In this document: positions 61,665 through 64,000 of the stretch, in pieces
Position numbering within the stretch: the stretch's first letter is position 1
Layout: the number at the start of each line of letters is the position of its first letter
Source: an uncultured delta proteobacterium
Lineage (GTDB): Bacteria > Myxococcota_A > Polyangia > Fen-1088
Length of the DNA: 64,000 nt
Assembly: GCA_963737265.1 (NCBI GenBank)
Contig: CAVTRY010000014.1
Coordinates: forward strand, 160,001 to 224,000
Direction of reading: 5' to 3'
Translations under genes and position numbers: made by a program
The notes under the pieces: generated by a model
What the model saw: only the letters and a program-made list of their open reading frames with translations
Told to the model about the DNA's origin: nothing
Databases searched by the model: none

Positions 61665-62300
61665 ATGAAGTTTGAGGCGCTTCTCGCGCTTGTCGCCGAC
61701 GAGCCTGTGTTCCCGTCCGCCCTGTTGCTGGCCGGAGATGTCTCATGTGCTCAGGTTCGCCTGCAACTGTCGCGCTGGGTGAAGGCTGGCCGGCTGCTAC
61801 AACTGCGACGCGGGCTCTATTCGCTGGCGCCGACCTGGCGGAAAGTGGAGGCGCATTCGTTCCTTGTGGCCAACCGGCTTCAGCGTGGATCCTATGTGAG
61901 CCTACAGTCTGCCTTGGCCTTTCACGGGGTTATACCGGAACATGTGCCGGTCGTGACCAGTGTCGGGCCAGGACGACCAGAGACGGTTCGAAATCCCTTG
62001 GGTGTCTTTCAGTTCAACCACATCGTCGGAACGCTCTGCTTTGGCTATTCCCGGACCGAGGTCGCCGCAGGGCAGTTCGCTTTCGTGGCCTTGCCGGAAA
62101 AGGCGCTGCTCGATCTCATCCACCTCACACGAGGTGCGGATTCCGAGGACTTCCTCCGAGAGCTTCGCTTGCAAAACTGGGCGGCCATCAGACCGTCGGT
62201 GTTGGTAGGACTTGCGCGACGAAGCGGTAAAGCCAAGCTGCTGCGGGCAGCCCGACTGGTAGAGCGCCTGGCCACGGTGGAGGAGGGAGAGACGCAATGA
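61665..62300 (+). CDS. Type IV TA antitoxin, AbiEi-like
   Basis: LSRWVKAGRLLQLRRGLY, SYVSLQSALAFHGVIPE, ALPEKALLD; ATGA-coupled to the toxin. Confidence 0.88.
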   Translation: MKFEALLALVADEPVFPSALLLAGDVSCAQVRLQLSRWVKAGRLLQLRRGLYSLAPTWRKVEAHSFLVANRLQRGSYVSLQSALAFHGVIPEHVPVVTSVGPGRPETVRNPLGVFQFNHIVGTLCFGYSRTEVAAGQFAFVALPEKALLDLIHLTRGADSEDFLRELRLQNWAAIRPSVLVGLARRSGKAKLLRAARLVERLATVEEGETQ

Positions 62301-63103
62301 AGGATTATCTGCGGCAACTTATCGCACAAGCGGACGGCGACCTCGCTCGCGGGTGTCTGGTTCGGGAATACCTCCAAGCGCGCGTCCTCGAGTCGCTACA
62401 GGACGAGGGCGTGTTTCTACGTTGGGCTTTCGTGGGCGGCACCGCCTTGCGATTCCTCTTCGCCATTCCGAGGTTCTCGGAGGATCTCGACTTCTCCCGG
62501 ATCGCGCCTGGGGACGACCCTGGGTTCAGGAAGGCTTTGACCGCGGTGAAGCGGCTATTCGAACACGAAAGCTACCGGGTTGAGGTCAGCGTCAGCGAAC
62601 AGAAAATGGTGGCCTCGGCGTGGGTGAAGTTCCCCGGACTGCCGCACGAACTCGGTCTCTCGCCACGCGCGTCCCAGTCCCTCTCCATCAAGGTGGAAGT
62701 AGACAAGAACCCGCCCGCGGGAGCATGCATCGAAACCTCCGTCGTCCGCCGACATGTGACGGTGCACCTCTGCCATCATGACAAGTCTTCCCTTCTGTCC
62801 GGAAAGCTCCACGCCATCTTGGTCCGGCCGTGGACGAAGGGGCGCGACCTTTACGATCTCGTTTGGTATCTGGCGGATCGCACCTGGCCGCCTCCCAACC
62901 TAGACTTGCTCAACTCTGCCCTCGCGCAGACCGGCTGGAAAGGTGCCATCATGACGACAACGAATTGGCGGGAACAAATCCGCCAGCGCATGGAAACGCT
63001 CGACTGGGAACGTGCTCGCGCCGATGTGCGGCCATTTTTGGAACGGCAGCGCGACCTCGATCTGGTGAGGAACGAAATACTCGGCAAGCTGTTAAGCAGC
63101 TAA
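62297..63103 (+). CDS. Type IV TA toxin, AbiEii-family nucleotidyltransferase
   Basis: REYLQ, FVGGTALR, RFSEDLDFS, IKVEVD, GKLHA, KGRDLYDL. Confidence 0.92.
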   Translation: MKDYLRQLIAQADGDLARGCLVREYLQARVLESLQDEGVFLRWAFVGGTALRFLFAIPRFSEDLDFSRIAPGDDPGFRKALTAVKRLFEHESYRVEVSVSEQKMVASAWVKFPGLPHELGLSPRASQSLSIKVEVDKNPPAGACIETSVVRRHVTVHLCHHDKSSLLSGKLHAILVRPWTKGRDLYDLVWYLADRTWPPPNLDLLNSALAQTGWKGAIMTTTNWREQIRQRMETLDWERARADVRPFLERQRDLDLVRNEILGKLLSS

Positions 63104-63111
63104 GCAAAGAG
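63074..63111 (+). repeat. 38-bp imperfect direct repeat, copy 2 (spans the abiEii stop)
   Basis: GAAATACTCGGCAAGCTGTTAAGCAGCTAAGCAAAGAG; matches 60529-60566. Confidence 0.85.
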
Positions 63112-63186
63112 GAGGTGCTGGCGACCACGCTGGTGTCGGCCACACCGGCCAACGATGTTGGCCTGGAGGCGGGCAGTCAGGCAACA

Positions 63187-63426
63187 CCCCTTTCAAGGTC
63201 TTGAGACGTTCGATTCTGAAGCCGGGAGCGCTTCCCAGAACGGCCATACCGGTGCGCCCCGCGGCCGCGCAGGGAGGCCGACGCGAGGCGCGGCCAGTGA
63301 GGGCAGAAGAATTCGCCTCTATACCCGTGGCCCCTCACCCGCCGACGCAGACGTCGTCGGCCTCTCCCCGACGAGGACGTCGGGGAGAGGCGCAGATCTA
63401 GTCCACCGCCCACACCTTGAAAGGGG
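63187..63426. repeat. 240-bp segment bounded by perfect 13-bp inverted repeats (MITE-like)
   Basis: CCCCTTTCAAGGT (63187-63199) and ACCTTGAAAGGGG (63414-63426); no convincing internal CDS. Confidence 0.55.
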
Positions 63427-63504
63427 GTAGCATTTAGGCGCTGGCGAAAGTCTGGGTGATGTCGGCCTCCCCGACGGGGACGTCGGGGAGAGGCGCAGAT
63501 ATAG
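63331..63504 (+). repeat. Two REP-like hairpin copies
   Basis: GTCGGCCTCTCCCCGACGAGGACGTCGGGGAGAGGCGCAGATCTAG (63356-63401) and GTCGGCCTCCCCGACGGGGACGTCGGGGAGAGGCGCAGATATAG (63461-63504); the first is preceded by CCCCTCACCC. Confidence 0.8.
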
Positions 63505-63680
63505 ACGGGCCGAGTAGCGTTCTCGTCAGCGGATGCTGGTACCCGCAGGGGATTGCCACCGACGGTTCGAACGTGTACTGGACCGATTACGGAAATCCCG
63601 CGGTCGCCGGCCAGCAAAAGCCCGGCTCTGGAGTGGTGGGTGCTTCCCTGAAACGGGGGCCCCAGCCGGGGGCTCGGTGA
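63505..63680 (+). pseudogene. Fragment of a beta-propeller-repeat protein gene
   Basis: PQGIATDGSNVYWTDYG reads like a YWTD/NHL-type blade; no proper start. Confidence 0.4.
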
Positions 63681-63719
63681 GGTAGCAACTTCTGGCGGAG
63701 TGCCGCCGAAAACGCAGAT

Positions 63720-64000
63720 ATGGAACAGCGAGGAACGGAGAAACAGAGACAGGATGACTTTACTGGGCAAATTATCGCCGCCTGCATCGAAGTCCACCGT
63801 CACCTCGGTCCCGGGCTGCTTGAGTCGGCCTACGAGCACTGCCTGGCGCGCGAGCTAGGCCTGCGTGGATTTCGCACGCAACGTCAGGTCGCGATTTCTC
63901 TGCAGTACAAAGGCATTGACCTCGACTGCGGCTATCGCCTCGACCTCATGGTGGAAGGCCGTTTGGTCGTCGAAGTCAAGGCGGTAGAGCAGTTGCTTCC
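63720..64000 (+). CDS. GxxExxY protein (PD-(D/E)XK-like), partial at window end
   Basis: Manual translation from ATG 63720: TGQIIAACIEVHRHLGPGLLESAYEHCLAREL...YKG...CGYRLDLMVE...VVEVKAV. Confidence 0.92.
   Translation, partial: MEQRGTEKQRQDDFTGQIIAACIEVHRHLGPGLLESAYEHCLARELGLRGFRTQRQVAISLQYKGIDLDCGYRLDLMVEGRLVVEVKAVEQLL

Overview
GC-rich bacterial chromosome segment. Gene content (FrzS-like pseudo-receiver, Hanks-type Ser/Thr kinases, Cys-rich lipoproteins) suggests a myxobacterium (Myxococcota); this is inference, not a database result. Core genes: secA, gyrA, gltX, prmC, hemL, a Cys/Met PLP enzyme, a UbiD-family decarboxylase, an ECF sigma/anti-sigma pair and three GT2 glycosyltransferases. 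A ~13.6 kb minus-strand respiratory operon encodes alternative complex III (actA, a small unknown ORF, actB, actC, fused actDE, actF), a monoheme cytochrome c, SCO, an A2-type heme-copper oxidase and heme O synthase. A signalling block at 34.4-41.5 kb holds a kinase-HDOD fusion, a GH6 glycoside hydrolase, a SiaB/SiaC-like kinase-STAS pair, a two-component system and a second STAS paralog. Two large repetitive lipoproteins (51.3-60.3 kb) precede a mosaic accessory patch (60.3-64 kb) with VapBC-like and AbiE toxin-antitoxin pairs, gene remnants, direct and inverted repeats and a GxxExxY gene. Three +1 frameshifts (two in actB, one in hemL) look like assembly errors. No rRNA, tRNA, CRISPR array, transposase or integrase was seen. 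All product calls come from motif recognition by eye.
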